Assembly (NCBI GenBank): GCA_947623775.1
Contig: CANQHL010000001.1
Span: 1 to 53,521, forward strand
Length of the DNA stretch: 53,521 bases
From: an uncultured Clostridia bacterium
GTDB taxonomy: Bacteria > Bacillota > Clostridia > Christensenellales > UBA1242
Direction: 5' to 3'
Part shown: piece by piece, positions 16,084-25,112 of the stretch
Position numbering within the stretch: the stretch's first letter is position 1
How the letters are laid out: each line of letters starts with the position of its first letter
The notes under the pieces: model-generated
Seen by the model: only the letters and a program-made list of their open reading frames with translations
What the model was told of the DNA's origin: nothing
Databases searched by the model: none
Made by a program: the position numbers and the translations under genes

Positions 16084-16476
16084 ATGGAAGAAAAGGTTGA
16101 CAAATTGTTATCATCAGCAAGAGTGCGTGGAGAGTGGGAATATAAAGCACTTCTTGATAGATATATTGGTGATAACGCCAAAGACGAGACAAAAGAAGAT
16201 GATGTAAGGCTTGCAAAAGTTATTAGACAATTGCTTGATTTTTATAAAGAACTTGGAGACAAGGAAAGGTATACTTTTGTTAGTGATGTTCTTGACTATT
16301 ACACATTGGTTGTAAAAGATGAGAAAGATATTTTTGGCAGACAAACACTTGAATTTCATGTGCCAGACAAAATTCGCAAAAGTTTATATAAGGGCTTTTT
16401 GGAGTTTCATGAAAACAGAAACCAAGAATTGTTAAATGATGCAGATGAATTATTTAAAGATGAAACTGAATTATAA
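16084..16476 (+). CDS. Hypothetical acidic, predicted-helical 130-aa protein
   Basis: ORF with a strong RBS and promoter. No motif recognised. No signal peptide or TM segment. Ends LFKDETEL. Confidence 0.6.
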   Translation: MEEKVDKLLSSARVRGEWEYKALLDRYIGDNAKDETKEDDVRLAKVIRQLLDFYKELGDKERYTFVSDVLDYYTLVVKDEKDIFGRQTLEFHVPDKIRKSLYKGFLEFHENRNQELLNDADELFKDETEL

Positions 16477-16576
16477 TTTTAAAAAATAAACAAAAAACCA
16501 GTCTTAAATTAAAAATTTATTTATACATTGAAAGGAGAAGAATTTATTCCTTAGCGTATAGAAATTTTTTAGCCTA

Positions 16577-16602
16577 AGGAAAAGAAATACTTTTCCTTTT
16601 TT
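16577..16602 (+). terminator. Intrinsic terminator
   Basis: AGGAAAAG-AAATA-CTTTTCCT followed by TTTTTT. Confidence 0.65.
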
Positions 16603-16650
16603 ATTGTCTTTTTTTATGAATTATGATAAAATATGTAACGGAGGTTAAAA

Positions 16651-17028
16651 ATGAAAAAATTAGTATTTTATAAATGCGAAATTTGTGGAAATGTTGTAAT
16701 TAAACTTGTTGATAAACATGTGCCTGTTTTTTGTTGCGGCAAGGTCATGAATGAAATTACACCAAACACACAGGAGGCTGCAACTGAAAAGCATATTCCT
16801 GTTGTTGAAATTAAAGATAATGAGGTTAAAGTAAAAGTTGGCTCAGTTGAACATCCAATGAACGAAGAACACTATATTTCCCATATAATATTAAAGACGG
16901 AAAAAGGATTTTGTGTTCGGGAGTTATCACCATCTGATAAACCAGAAACAACATTTATTATGTCACCAGATGATAAAGTAGAGTGTGTTTACAGTTTGTG
17001 TAATTTGCACGGACTTTGGCAAAATTAG
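16651..17028 (+). CDS. dfx: Desulfoferrodoxin (2Fe superoxide reductase)
   Basis: N-terminal desulforedoxin-like CEICGN...CCG cysteine cluster, plus a neelaredoxin domain (EKHIPV, HPMNEEHYI, CNLHGLW). Confidence 0.85.
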   Translation: MKKLVFYKCEICGNVVIKLVDKHVPVFCCGKVMNEITPNTQEAATEKHIPVVEIKDNEVKVKVGSVEHPMNEEHYISHIILKTEKGFCVRELSPSDKPETTFIMSPDDKVECVYSLCNLHGLWQN

Positions 17029-17036
17029 GAGTTTAA

Positions 17037-17432
17037 ATGGCAAAAAATTCGAAAAAAAGCAAAAAAAATGATAAAAAACGGCAAATTTTCTTATTTTCTA
17101 TGGTTATTATGCTTTTGATGGGGGCAGTCGTTGGTTATTTTATCGGCAAGGCAGTAATAAAAAATGATGAATTTGTAATAATAGGAAATGATGTCGTTGA
17201 AATCTATGTCGGGCAAACCTATCAAGATGAGGGGGCAAAAGCAATCTCATTTGGAAAAGATATTTCAAGCAAGATAGAGACCGAAAGCAATTTAAATCAA
17301 AATGAAGAGGGGCAATATTACATAAAATACACTGTAAACAATATTAGATATAAAGGTGTGGAGCGTTATCGTACAATAATTGTAAAAGCGTTGCCGGATG
17401 GTGAAGCGGAGGTGCAAAATGAAAGCATCTAG
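17037..17432 (+). CDS. Membrane-anchored protein with a DUF5011/Ig-like extracellular domain
   Basis: Lys-rich N-terminus, one TM helix (IFLFSMVIMLLMGAVVGYFIG), then IYVGQTYQDEGAKA...GQYYIKYTV...RTIIV, which resembles DUF5011-type Ig folds. Confidence 0.5.
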   Translation: MAKNSKKSKKNDKKRQIFLFSMVIMLLMGAVVGYFIGKAVIKNDEFVIIGNDVVEIYVGQTYQDEGAKAISFGKDISSKIETESNLNQNEEGQYYIKYTVNNIRYKGVERYRTIIVKALPDGEAEVQNESI

Positions 17433-18525
17433 GATAATATTGTACACACTTATGGCAATTTTATTGTTTTTGGGTGGTGCGTTTGCGGGCTTTTGTGTTT
17501 ATACAATGGTTATTGCAAAACCTAAAAGTGATGTATATGTGTCGGGTGACCTATCCATTCATTTTATGGAACTTGGGAATCAGTATGTGGGAGACTCTAT
17601 TTTCATTCAATGCGGTAAAAATGATATACTTATAGATGCCGGTTCGAAAGAAAATAGTGCGACAACAATTATAAATTATGTTGATAATTATGTGAGCGAC
17701 AATAAACTTGAATATGTGATTGCCACACATGCACATCAAGATCATATTGCAGCATTTCCAAGCACGGGAAGCGTTGAGGGTGTTTTTGAACATTATGATG
17801 TTGGAACGATAATTGATTTTCCGAGAACAGATAAAGACACAGATATACTAAAAAAATATAGAAGTGCGGTGGATAAAGAAGTTGAAAATGGCAGTAAACA
17901 TTATACGGCATTAGAGTGCTTTAACAATGAGAATGGTGCGGAAAGGAAATATAAATTATCAGAGAATGTCGAACTTGAAATTTTATATAACTATTACTAT
18001 GAAAACAAATCATCTGATGAAAACAATTATTCGGTATGTGTTATGATAAATCAAGGTGACAATCATTATCTTTTCACCGGAGACCTTGAAAAAGAAGGTG
18101 AAATACATCTTGTAGATTATTATGAAGATAATTTCGGAGGACTTCCACATTGCGTTTTATACAAGGCTGGACATCATGGCTCAGGAACTTCATCAACGGA
18201 AGAACTTCTTGCAGCAATTACTCCTGAGATTGTTTGTATATGCACATGTGCCGGCACAAAGGAATATACATCAAATAATGATAACCAATTTCCATATCAG
18301 GTTACAGTAGATAAACTTGCAAAATATACTGATAAAGTGTATGTGACAACAGTTGTCGATGTATATGATAATGATGGTAAATGGACTGTAAAGTCAATGA
18401 ATGGCAACATAGTTTTCACTGTTAAAAATGGGAAATATGAAATTTCTTGCAGCAATAACAATTTAAAACTCAAAGATACTGAATGGTTTAAAAATAAAAG
18501 GATATGTCCTGAAAATTGGAAATAA
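17419..18525 (+). CDS. Membrane-anchored MBL-fold hydrolase (ComEC C-terminal-domain-like)
   Basis: GGAGGTG RBS before ATG 17419. N-terminal TM helix, then LSIHFMELGN...DSIFIQ...ILIDAG...ATHAHQDHI...GDLE...KAGHHGS, typical of the ComEC/Rec2-related beta-lactamase domain. Confidence 0.7.
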   Translation: MKASRIILYTLMAILLFLGGAFAGFCVYTMVIAKPKSDVYVSGDLSIHFMELGNQYVGDSIFIQCGKNDILIDAGSKENSATTIINYVDNYVSDNKLEYVIATHAHQDHIAAFPSTGSVEGVFEHYDVGTIIDFPRTDKDTDILKKYRSAVDKEVENGSKHYTALECFNNENGAERKYKLSENVELEILYNYYYENKSSDENNYSVCVMINQGDNHYLFTGDLEKEGEIHLVDYYEDNFGGLPHCVLYKAGHHGSGTSSTEELLAAITPEIVCICTCAGTKEYTSNNDNQFPYQVTVDKLAKYTDKVYVTTVVDVYDNDGKWTVKSMNGNIVFTVKNGKYEISCSNNNLKLKDTEWFKNKRICPENWK

Positions 18526-19042
18526 TTTTGATAAAAATGCAAAAAATTATGAAAAACGCTGAAAAAAAACATCAAAATTATTAAATTATTGAAAAATTTG
18601 ATGTATTGCAAGAAAAATTTGCAGAAAAATTTTGATTTTTTTGAAGTAACGTGTACAAAAAAAGAACAGATTATTCTGCTCTTTTTTGTTTGTGTTTTAA
18701 ATATATATATCAAAAATTAGGTATTTAATAATTTTCAAAGTTGTTTAAAGATTTATAGTAAGATTATTTTTAACTTAATTAATATTAGTATAAAAAAGTT
18801 TAATTAACTTTAGTTTAGTTTAAATTTATATTTAAAAAAGAGAAGTACTAAAACTCATGTACATAATAACTATTTTTGCTTTAAATCTATCTGACGCAAA
18901 GAATAAAAATCATGGCATTACATTAAAAATAAGTTATGAATTTGGTTTAAGAAAATAATGATTAAAGGCAGATTTATGGGCATCTTGCCAATAATTATAC
19001 ACATCATCTTACATATCATCTTAATCCTTTATATAAAATAAA

Positions 19043-19060
19043 GAGTAGGAAAACCTACTC
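19043..19060 (-). terminator. Intrinsic terminator overlapping the stop codon of gene 19055..19795
   Basis: The minus strand reads GAGTAGG-TTTT-CCTACTC followed by TTTATTTTAT. The stem includes the final Glu and stop codons. Confidence 0.55.
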
Positions 19061-19795
19061 TAAGTCAAGAAATAATCCATTGTTGTAGTTATCATGTTCT
19101 GTTACGCTTTGTGGGTTAGGTGAGTGTACATTCTTTTGTTCATTTTCGACTCTTTTTAAAAGAGGGGCGAGATATTTAAATCCACTTAAAGCCACAACCG
19201 CTTCGGTCAAGTCTGTAAAATGTCGAAAATATTCTTCTACGCAAGGTTCGTGTGGATTTTCGCTAACTACTCTATTAACAAATGAACTTAAATTTAAATT
19301 ATGCAAAATTATATCATAAACATTGCCGTAATTTGAAATCATATCTTGTATTTTTGATTCACCATATTTGTCAAATGCGTTTTTTAACTTAGTTAAATTA
19401 TATTTTGCTATGGGGTATTTATATTTTTCTTCATCAGTAATAAAAAATATTTCCTTATAAGCCGTTGCAATTGACATTTTCATTTCATATTCGTTGGTAA
19501 ATTTTTCAAGATTGGTAATCTTGGTTTTAAAATATGATGATGGCAAATGGCAATGCCGTAAATCTTGAATTAAAACACATATATTTGGTAATTTTTCATT
19601 TTGGTCATCTGAATTATCATGAAAATCACCTGTTAATATATAAGGTGGTGCATCATTAGCTAAACTTTTTGCGATTTCAAGATACTGCTTCCATTTTTCA
19701 TAAATGTATGCGTTTTGAATTGTTATTTCGGGGCAGGGTTGAGTTGATAGAAATTCAGCCAACTTCTCTGCAGCATAAGCATCAGAAAATGTCAT
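19055..19795 (-). CDS. Hypothetical helical protein carrying the family C-terminal tail (FLDLE) on an unrelated body (member H)
   Basis: 246 aa with an AGGAGA RBS. The N-terminal and central sequence shows none of the A-G family blocks. A polar linker (ENEQKNVHSPNPQSVTEHDNYNNG) is followed by LFLDLE-stop. Confidence 0.75.
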   Translation of the reverse strand: MTFSDAYAAEKLAEFLSTQPCPEITIQNAYIYEKWKQYLEIAKSLANDAPPYILTGDFHDNSDDQNEKLPNICVLIQDLRHCHLPSSYFKTKITNLEKFTNEYEMKMSIATAYKEIFFITDEEKYKYPIAKYNLTKLKNAFDKYGESKIQDMISNYGNVYDIILHNLNLSSFVNRVVSENPHEPCVEEYFRHFTDLTEAVVALSGFKYLAPLLKRVENEQKNVHSPNPQSVTEHDNYNNGLFLDLE

Positions 19796-19845
19796 AAACT
19801 TTCTCCTGCAAAAAGTATAGCACCGTTGATATAAAAAGTCAACTG

Positions 19846-20718
19846 CTAGTTTAGATTGTCTTGTATTTCACTTATTTTATCATTTTCAATGGAAAAATTG
19901 TAAATTATATTTTTATTATTGGAAATTGCGAAGCAGGAACATGGGTCAATCATATAAAAATAACTTACATCACCAAAAAATCCTTTTAATGTTTTTTCAT
20001 TTAGAGAACTTTTGAGATTGGATGAAAGATAATCCATTGCACCCGAGAAATCACCGCATTTGACTGCACTCATAAATTTATAAGGCAAAAGTTCATTTGG
20101 AGACATTTCTTCATTGCGTGAAAAATCTTGTTCTCGCAATTTAAGTCCATCTTTGTCAATAAAATATTTGCGGGTAATATTTTTATAATCTTCATTTTCT
20201 TCAAAAAGAGAGAACCCATTTTTATCAATTACAATGTCGCGCGCTGAAAACATTTTTGCAGAATTTGTCTTAATATTATAACAAATGATGTTTTTTTTAT
20301 CATTTTTATCAAATTTTACATAGTTTATGTGGTAAAAATGTCCAACAGTGATATTTGAAACGGGGTGAAACAGGTTGATGATTTTTTTATGATTTACTCC
20401 ATAAAATGTGATTTCTTTTTGTCCAATTTCAATTTTTGATGTGATGCCGTAGCTTTTAAAATCATGCACTACAACGTTTTCTGCAGAAAAGCCATCTAAT
20501 AAAAATACAAGACGTTTGCCGTCTTTTTCGATTATTCTATAATATGGAGCGGGTGTAGAGAAGTTGATTTCAAATGAAAATCTATCACGTTTTTCGGGGT
20601 AGATATATATTGGGTCTAGTATATCATCTAGAATAACATGTTCATTTATTGAAATATGTTCGTTTATGTCTCTATATTTAACCACGCATGGATATGAAGT
20701 GTAAATAATAGTTTTCAT
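19846..20718 (-). CDS. Hypothetical 290-aa protein, apparently co-transcribed with member H
   Basis: ORF 50 nt upstream of member H on the same strand. No recognisable motif, signal peptide or TM segment. Ends EIQDNLN, so it lacks the tail. Confidence 0.6.
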   Translation of the reverse strand: MKTIIYTSYPCVVKYRDINEHISINEHVILDDILDPIYIYPEKRDRFSFEINFSTPAPYYRIIEKDGKRLVFLLDGFSAENVVVHDFKSYGITSKIEIGQKEITFYGVNHKKIINLFHPVSNITVGHFYHINYVKFDKNDKKNIICYNIKTNSAKMFSARDIVIDKNGFSLFEENEDYKNITRKYFIDKDGLKLREQDFSRNEEMSPNELLPYKFMSAVKCGDFSGAMDYLSSNLKSSLNEKTLKGFFGDVSYFYMIDPCSCFAISNNKNIIYNFSIENDKISEIQDNLN

Positions 20719-20862
20719 AATATAAAAATATGAGAGAATAAAGAGATTAATTACAAAATTTTGTCAAAAAATGATTATAAATACATAAAATAAACCAATT
20801 TGATGTAAGTTTATGTATAAATTCCTTTATTTGGTCTATAATTTGCGCAAGGAGTGAAAATT

Positions 20863-21582
20863 ATGAAAGGAATTTGGAAAAACAGCGAAGTAAAAGAATT
20901 ATTTTCCGTGGTCGAGGATTATAAGGGAAGCAATCGTTCATTGAAAGATGCGTTTATCTCTCATGCACAAAAATATGGACGAAAACCAAACAGTGTGAGA
21001 AATTATTATTATCACGAAGTGGATAATTTGAAAAATGACGGAAAAAGATTGGAAAAACTTGGAATAGATTTATCTCTTCACAATAAGGCGGCAATATCTT
21101 ACTTTTCGCAGGAGGAGGAAGAAAAACTGATGAAAGAAGTGGATGAAATGGTGAAAAAGGGAGTTTCTGTGAGAAAAGCATGCCTAAGTTTATCAGGTGG
21201 AGATGTAAGTCAAATGTTGAGGTATCAAAATAAATACAGAAATTATATTTTAAAAAACAAGCCGCAACCTCCAAAAGACAATGTTATAACTTTTAAAAAG
21301 GCACAGCGAACATTGACAGATGGCGAGGTTCAATCTTTGTTTATGGGGCTTGTGAGACTTGTGAAGAAAAACGCCCTTGAAGAAAGTGAGAGTTTATATA
21401 AAGAAAAGTTAAGCAAGGCAAATGATGAATTGCGAAAACTGCTTTTAAAACTTTCTTTGCGGGAACGAGATGTTGAGAAATTAAAAGCGGAAATGGACAA
21501 ATTGAAAAACGACAACATGTTGTTGGAAAGCAAAATGTTTCAAATGCGGTGCAAAAAAGCCGAAGAGTTGAATAAAGAATAA
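20863..21582 (+). CDS. Putative DNA-binding protein with two Myb/SANT-like (RsfA-like) repeats and a C-terminal coiled coil
   Basis: AAGGAG RBS before ATG 20863. WKNSEVKELFSVVEDY...SVRNYYYHEV and a second degenerate repeat resemble RsfA/Myb-type helix-turn-helix repeats. The C-terminus is heptad-rich (LRERDVEKLKAEMDKLKNDN). Confidence 0.4.
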   Translation: MKGIWKNSEVKELFSVVEDYKGSNRSLKDAFISHAQKYGRKPNSVRNYYYHEVDNLKNDGKRLEKLGIDLSLHNKAAISYFSQEEEEKLMKEVDEMVKKGVSVRKACLSLSGGDVSQMLRYQNKYRNYILKNKPQPPKDNVITFKKAQRTLTDGEVQSLFMGLVRLVKKNALEESESLYKEKLSKANDELRKLLLKLSLRERDVEKLKAEMDKLKNDNMLLESKMFQMRCKKAEELNKE

Positions 21583-21722
21583 GTGTTTGCAGCACACAAA
21601 AAAAACACCAATATGTCTGAAAGGTATCTCATAAAGTTGTTAAACTTTTGAGTTTAATTCAGCCATATATGGTGTTTTTTTATTTAAAAATAATAAAATA
21701 AATGGATTTTTTGAAGAATTTT

Positions 21723-22037
21723 TTAAATTTGTGGTTCTTCAAGTTCAATTCCACGTCTTTCCAAACTCCTTTCGCCAACAATCAAAGATGGTGAGAATAT
21801 TAATTTTTTTGGTAATGGAGTTTGTCCGCCTGCGGCTGGAGGAATAGGTGGGTCTTTTGGATTTATATCAAATATATCCTTTTTGTTGTAAAAATCATCT
21901 TTGATTTCAGGAAGTGAACCGATTTTTCTATAGTCGTTCATTATAGGACTTAAAATATAAACTTTTTCGCATTTGATTGATTCTTTAAAATCATCTGGAT
22001 TAAATTGGTTTTTTTTGTTATCACTTATTTTTTTCAT
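21723..22037 (-). CDS. Hypothetical 104-aa protein
   Basis: ORF with a GAGGG RBS and a Pro-rich centre (PKDPPIPPAAGGQTPLP). No family assignment. Confidence 0.45.
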   Translation of the reverse strand: MKKISDNKKNQFNPDDFKESIKCEKVYILSPIMNDYRKIGSLPEIKDDFYNKKDIFDINPKDPPIPPAAGGQTPLPKKLIFSPSLIVGERSLERRGIELEEPQI

Positions 22038-22136
22038 TTTACCCTCGCTTTATCTACATTATAGCATATAAATAAAATTTTGTCAACATTTAAAAAAAGA
22101 TAGCCTTATTTTATTAAATATGTTATTATATATAGT

Positions 22137-25112
22137 ATGAAAATAAAATTATATCAAAATATAACATCATATGAAGCAGTAAAAAGTATGTTGTCGAAAA
22201 TAGACAATTCTGATATTAACAAGGATCATGTTGTAATTGTGCCAGATAGGTTCTCTCTTCTTAGCGAAAAATTACTCTTGCAAATTTTTCCCCAGAAATC
22301 ATTGTTTAATGTTAGAGTTAGAACGCTAACGAGTTTTTCTGTTGAACTTTTGAAAAGATTTAATATTGAAATTAATCCAGAGGATAATTTGTCCGGTGGT
22401 GAGGTTTTGTTGCTTACAAGAAAAGCGATTATGAATGTTAAAGATAATCTTACGACATTCAAAAAAACTAAGATTGCCTTTTGTCAAGAAATAAGCAAAA
22501 TAATTTCACAACTCAAAAGCAGTGGAATAACGTCGGATATGTTAGCCGAAGATAACGAAAAGGCAAAATATCATGATCTAAAATTAATTATGGAAGAATA
22601 TGAACGACTTTTAGGTGATAAAGTTGATGCAAACACAAGAATGAAATTGCTAAACGACAATTTCACTGGGCATGAGTTGAAAGATACAGAAGTATATTTT
22701 GCCGGATTTGACGCGTTCACCAAGGTTGGCTATACTTTTATCAAAAATCTCGTGATGGCAATCGGGCAGGTTAGCATATCCATGGCAACTCCGCTCGACC
22801 ATGGGAATGAATATATATATGAAAATGATATTGTAAAAAAATTGACGGCACTTTCCAAAGAAATTGGTGCAATGGTTGAGGTTGAAACAGACAGGGCAAA
22901 TTTTTCACCTCAGAGGGAAGCAGTGGTTTGCGGTACATTTTCATATCATCAAGTAAAATGTGACAATGAAGGGTTTTACAATCTTTATTCGGCACAAAAT
23001 GTCACAGAAGAAATAGAGTCTGTTGCCAAGCATATTTTTTATTTGATTCATAAAGGTTACAGATTTAAGGACTTTTCCATTGCGGTGAGTGATTTGCAAA
23101 AATATCAAGTTCAGATAGAAAATATTTTTGATAGATATGATATTCCATATTATATAGACACATCTCTTACAGCGGATAAAACTCTTCTTGGTAAATTGAT
23201 TTTCGACTTTTTTGAAGTTTTGGAATATGGATACAGTGGCGAAAAACTTTGCAATCTTTTTTCAAATATTTTGCTCGGAGATAATAGTGCGTTGATTGAT
23301 AAGTGCCAAAGATTTAGAATTGATAATAAGGCAAAGTATAAATTATATCTCGAAAAGGAATTTGCGTTTGCAGATGTGTTGGCGGGACTTGATAAAAATA
23401 ACGATGCCAAAGCATTGGGGGGAGTTTTATTAAACCTTTTGGAAAGAGTTGAGGAAAGATTTAATGAGGTGTTGACTCTTTTGCAAGATAAGTCCTATTT
23501 AAAAGAAAGAAATATAAATGTGCAGACCTATGAAATTATGCGGGAGAGTATCGAACTTATAAACAAATATGGTTGTGATGATTCGGGGGAATATCAAAAG
23601 GCATTAAAACTATTGCTATCTTTCGTTGAGGTGTCCACCGTTCCAACATTTGTAGACGGAGTGATGATTGGCTCGGCGGCAGAAAGTTATTTTGGCGAAA
23701 GTAAGGTGCTTTACATAATGGGCGGACAAGCCTTGCCGTTAACATCAAATGATAATGGACTTTTAAGTGATGATGATTTAAGCAAATGCGTTCATGAGAT
23801 TGAACCAACAATAAAAATGATAAACAGGCGTGCAAGATTTAAACTTTTCAATTTATTGACACTTGCTCAAGAGGGGATTATAATCACATATCAAAGTTTA
23901 AGTGAAGAGGGGAAAAGGAATGGGTTGCCAACATATATAACTTCACTAAATGATATTTTTTCGGTTTTGCCAATTCGTGCAAGTGATGTGTTTTTTGTTA
24001 AAAACAGCAACAATCTTGAACTTGCATTACTAAGTTGCGAAAAGGAAAAGAGTAAGAAAAATTATTTATTTAAAGAGCGGGATAAACTAAGCGTTGATGC
24101 CAAGGAATTGTTTTTCCCAGACAATAAAATAAAAGTTACTGAACTTGAAAATTATTTCAATTGTCCATTCGGGCATTTTGTGAATTATGGTTTGAAATTG
24201 AAGGAGTTCTCAACTGAAGAACTTGACCAAAGGGATATTGGAAACATTTGTCACAAAAATTGTGAAATTTACATCAAGAAGTTGATGAAAGAAGATTTTA
24301 AATCCAAAATCGACCATAAAAAATTTATTGAGGATAATTTTGATTTTATTTTAACTAATCTTGGCCTTGATGAAAAATTGCAACATCTTGACGAGAAAGA
24401 ATCTTTTTTTCGATATATAAAAAGGCAAATGCTTGCCAATTTAAATGATATTGACCGTGAACTTGAAAAGTCCTCATTCCGACCGAAATATGTTGAAATG
24501 AAATTTGATAACTATAAAATTCAAGTGAGGGACAACGCATTTACACTAATTGGCAGAGCAGACCGGGTAGATGAAAAAGATGATTATTTCAGAATTATTG
24601 ACTATAAAACAGGGAATGAAGGCAATGTTTTAAAAAGCCTTTTCTATGGAGAGAAATTGCAATTGTTTTTATATCAAAAAATTGCAAGTGAAACTTTGAA
24701 AAAAATGTCGGCAGGTGGATATTATTTCAACGCCCGCCTCGATTATGCCGATGATGATGAAGATCGGGTGATTTTAAAAGGAATTGCACCAAGTGATGAT
24801 AAGATTATTTCTTATCTTGACAAAGACATAGAACAAACAGGCAAAAGCACAATCCTTTCAATTGCAAAGGCGGCGCAGGGGGGATATAAAGGTGCAGGGG
24901 TGACAAAATTTGAATTTAGTTCACTCAGTGACTATGCTTTAAATGTGGTAAAAGAGGGAATTGAAGAGATATGTGATGGCTATATTGCTCCAAAACCAAC
25001 ATCTTCCTCTTGCACATATTGCAAACTTCGACCTTTATGTGGATATGAAGCGGCACAGGGAATTAGAAAAAATGATAAAACAAAAATAAATTTTAAAAGC
25101 GAGGAGAAATAG
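22137..25112 (+). CDS. addB: ATP-dependent helicase/deoxyribonuclease subunit B (AddB/RexB)
   Basis: 991 aa immediately upstream of addA. C-terminal RecB-like nuclease motif (IIDYKTG) and a four-Cys Fe-S arrangement (CPFGHF ... CTYCKLRPLCG). Confidence 0.85.
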   Translation: MKIKLYQNITSYEAVKSMLSKIDNSDINKDHVVIVPDRFSLLSEKLLLQIFPQKSLFNVRVRTLTSFSVELLKRFNIEINPEDNLSGGEVLLLTRKAIMNVKDNLTTFKKTKIAFCQEISKIISQLKSSGITSDMLAEDNEKAKYHDLKLIMEEYERLLGDKVDANTRMKLLNDNFTGHELKDTEVYFAGFDAFTKVGYTFIKNLVMAIGQVSISMATPLDHGNEYIYENDIVKKLTALSKEIGAMVEVETDRANFSPQREAVVCGTFSYHQVKCDNEGFYNLYSAQNVTEEIESVAKHIFYLIHKGYRFKDFSIAVSDLQKYQVQIENIFDRYDIPYYIDTSLTADKTLLGKLIFDFFEVLEYGYSGEKLCNLFSNILLGDNSALIDKCQRFRIDNKAKYKLYLEKEFAFADVLAGLDKNNDAKALGGVLLNLLERVEERFNEVLTLLQDKSYLKERNINVQTYEIMRESIELINKYGCDDSGEYQKALKLLLSFVEVSTVPTFVDGVMIGSAAESYFGESKVLYIMGGQALPLTSNDNGLLSDDDLSKCVHEIEPTIKMINRRARFKLFNLLTLAQEGIIITYQSLSEEGKRNGLPTYITSLNDIFSVLPIRASDVFFVKNSNNLELALLSCEKEKSKKNYLFKERDKLSVDAKELFFPDNKIKVTELENYFNCPFGHFVNYGLKLKEFSTEELDQRDIGNICHKNCEIYIKKLMKEDFKSKIDHKKFIEDNFDFILTNLGLDEKLQHLDEKESFFRYIKRQMLANLNDIDRELEKSSFRPKYVEMKFDNYKIQVRDNAFTLIGRADRVDEKDDYFRIIDYKTGNEGNVLKSLFYGEKLQLFLYQKIASETLKKMSAGGYYFNARLDYADDDEDRVILKGIAPSDDKIISYLDKDIEQTGKSTILSIAKAAQGGYKGAGVTKFEFSSLSDYALNVVKEGIEEICDGYIAPKPTSSSCTYCKLRPLCGYEAAQGIRKNDKTKINFKSEEK

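Noticed and set aside
17641-17648. GGTTCGAA, which resembles a tRNA T-loop.
   Set aside because: It lies inside the MBL-hydrolase coding sequence (..DAGSKEN..) with no surrounding cloverleaf pairing. No tRNA or rRNA genes were found anywhere in the window.
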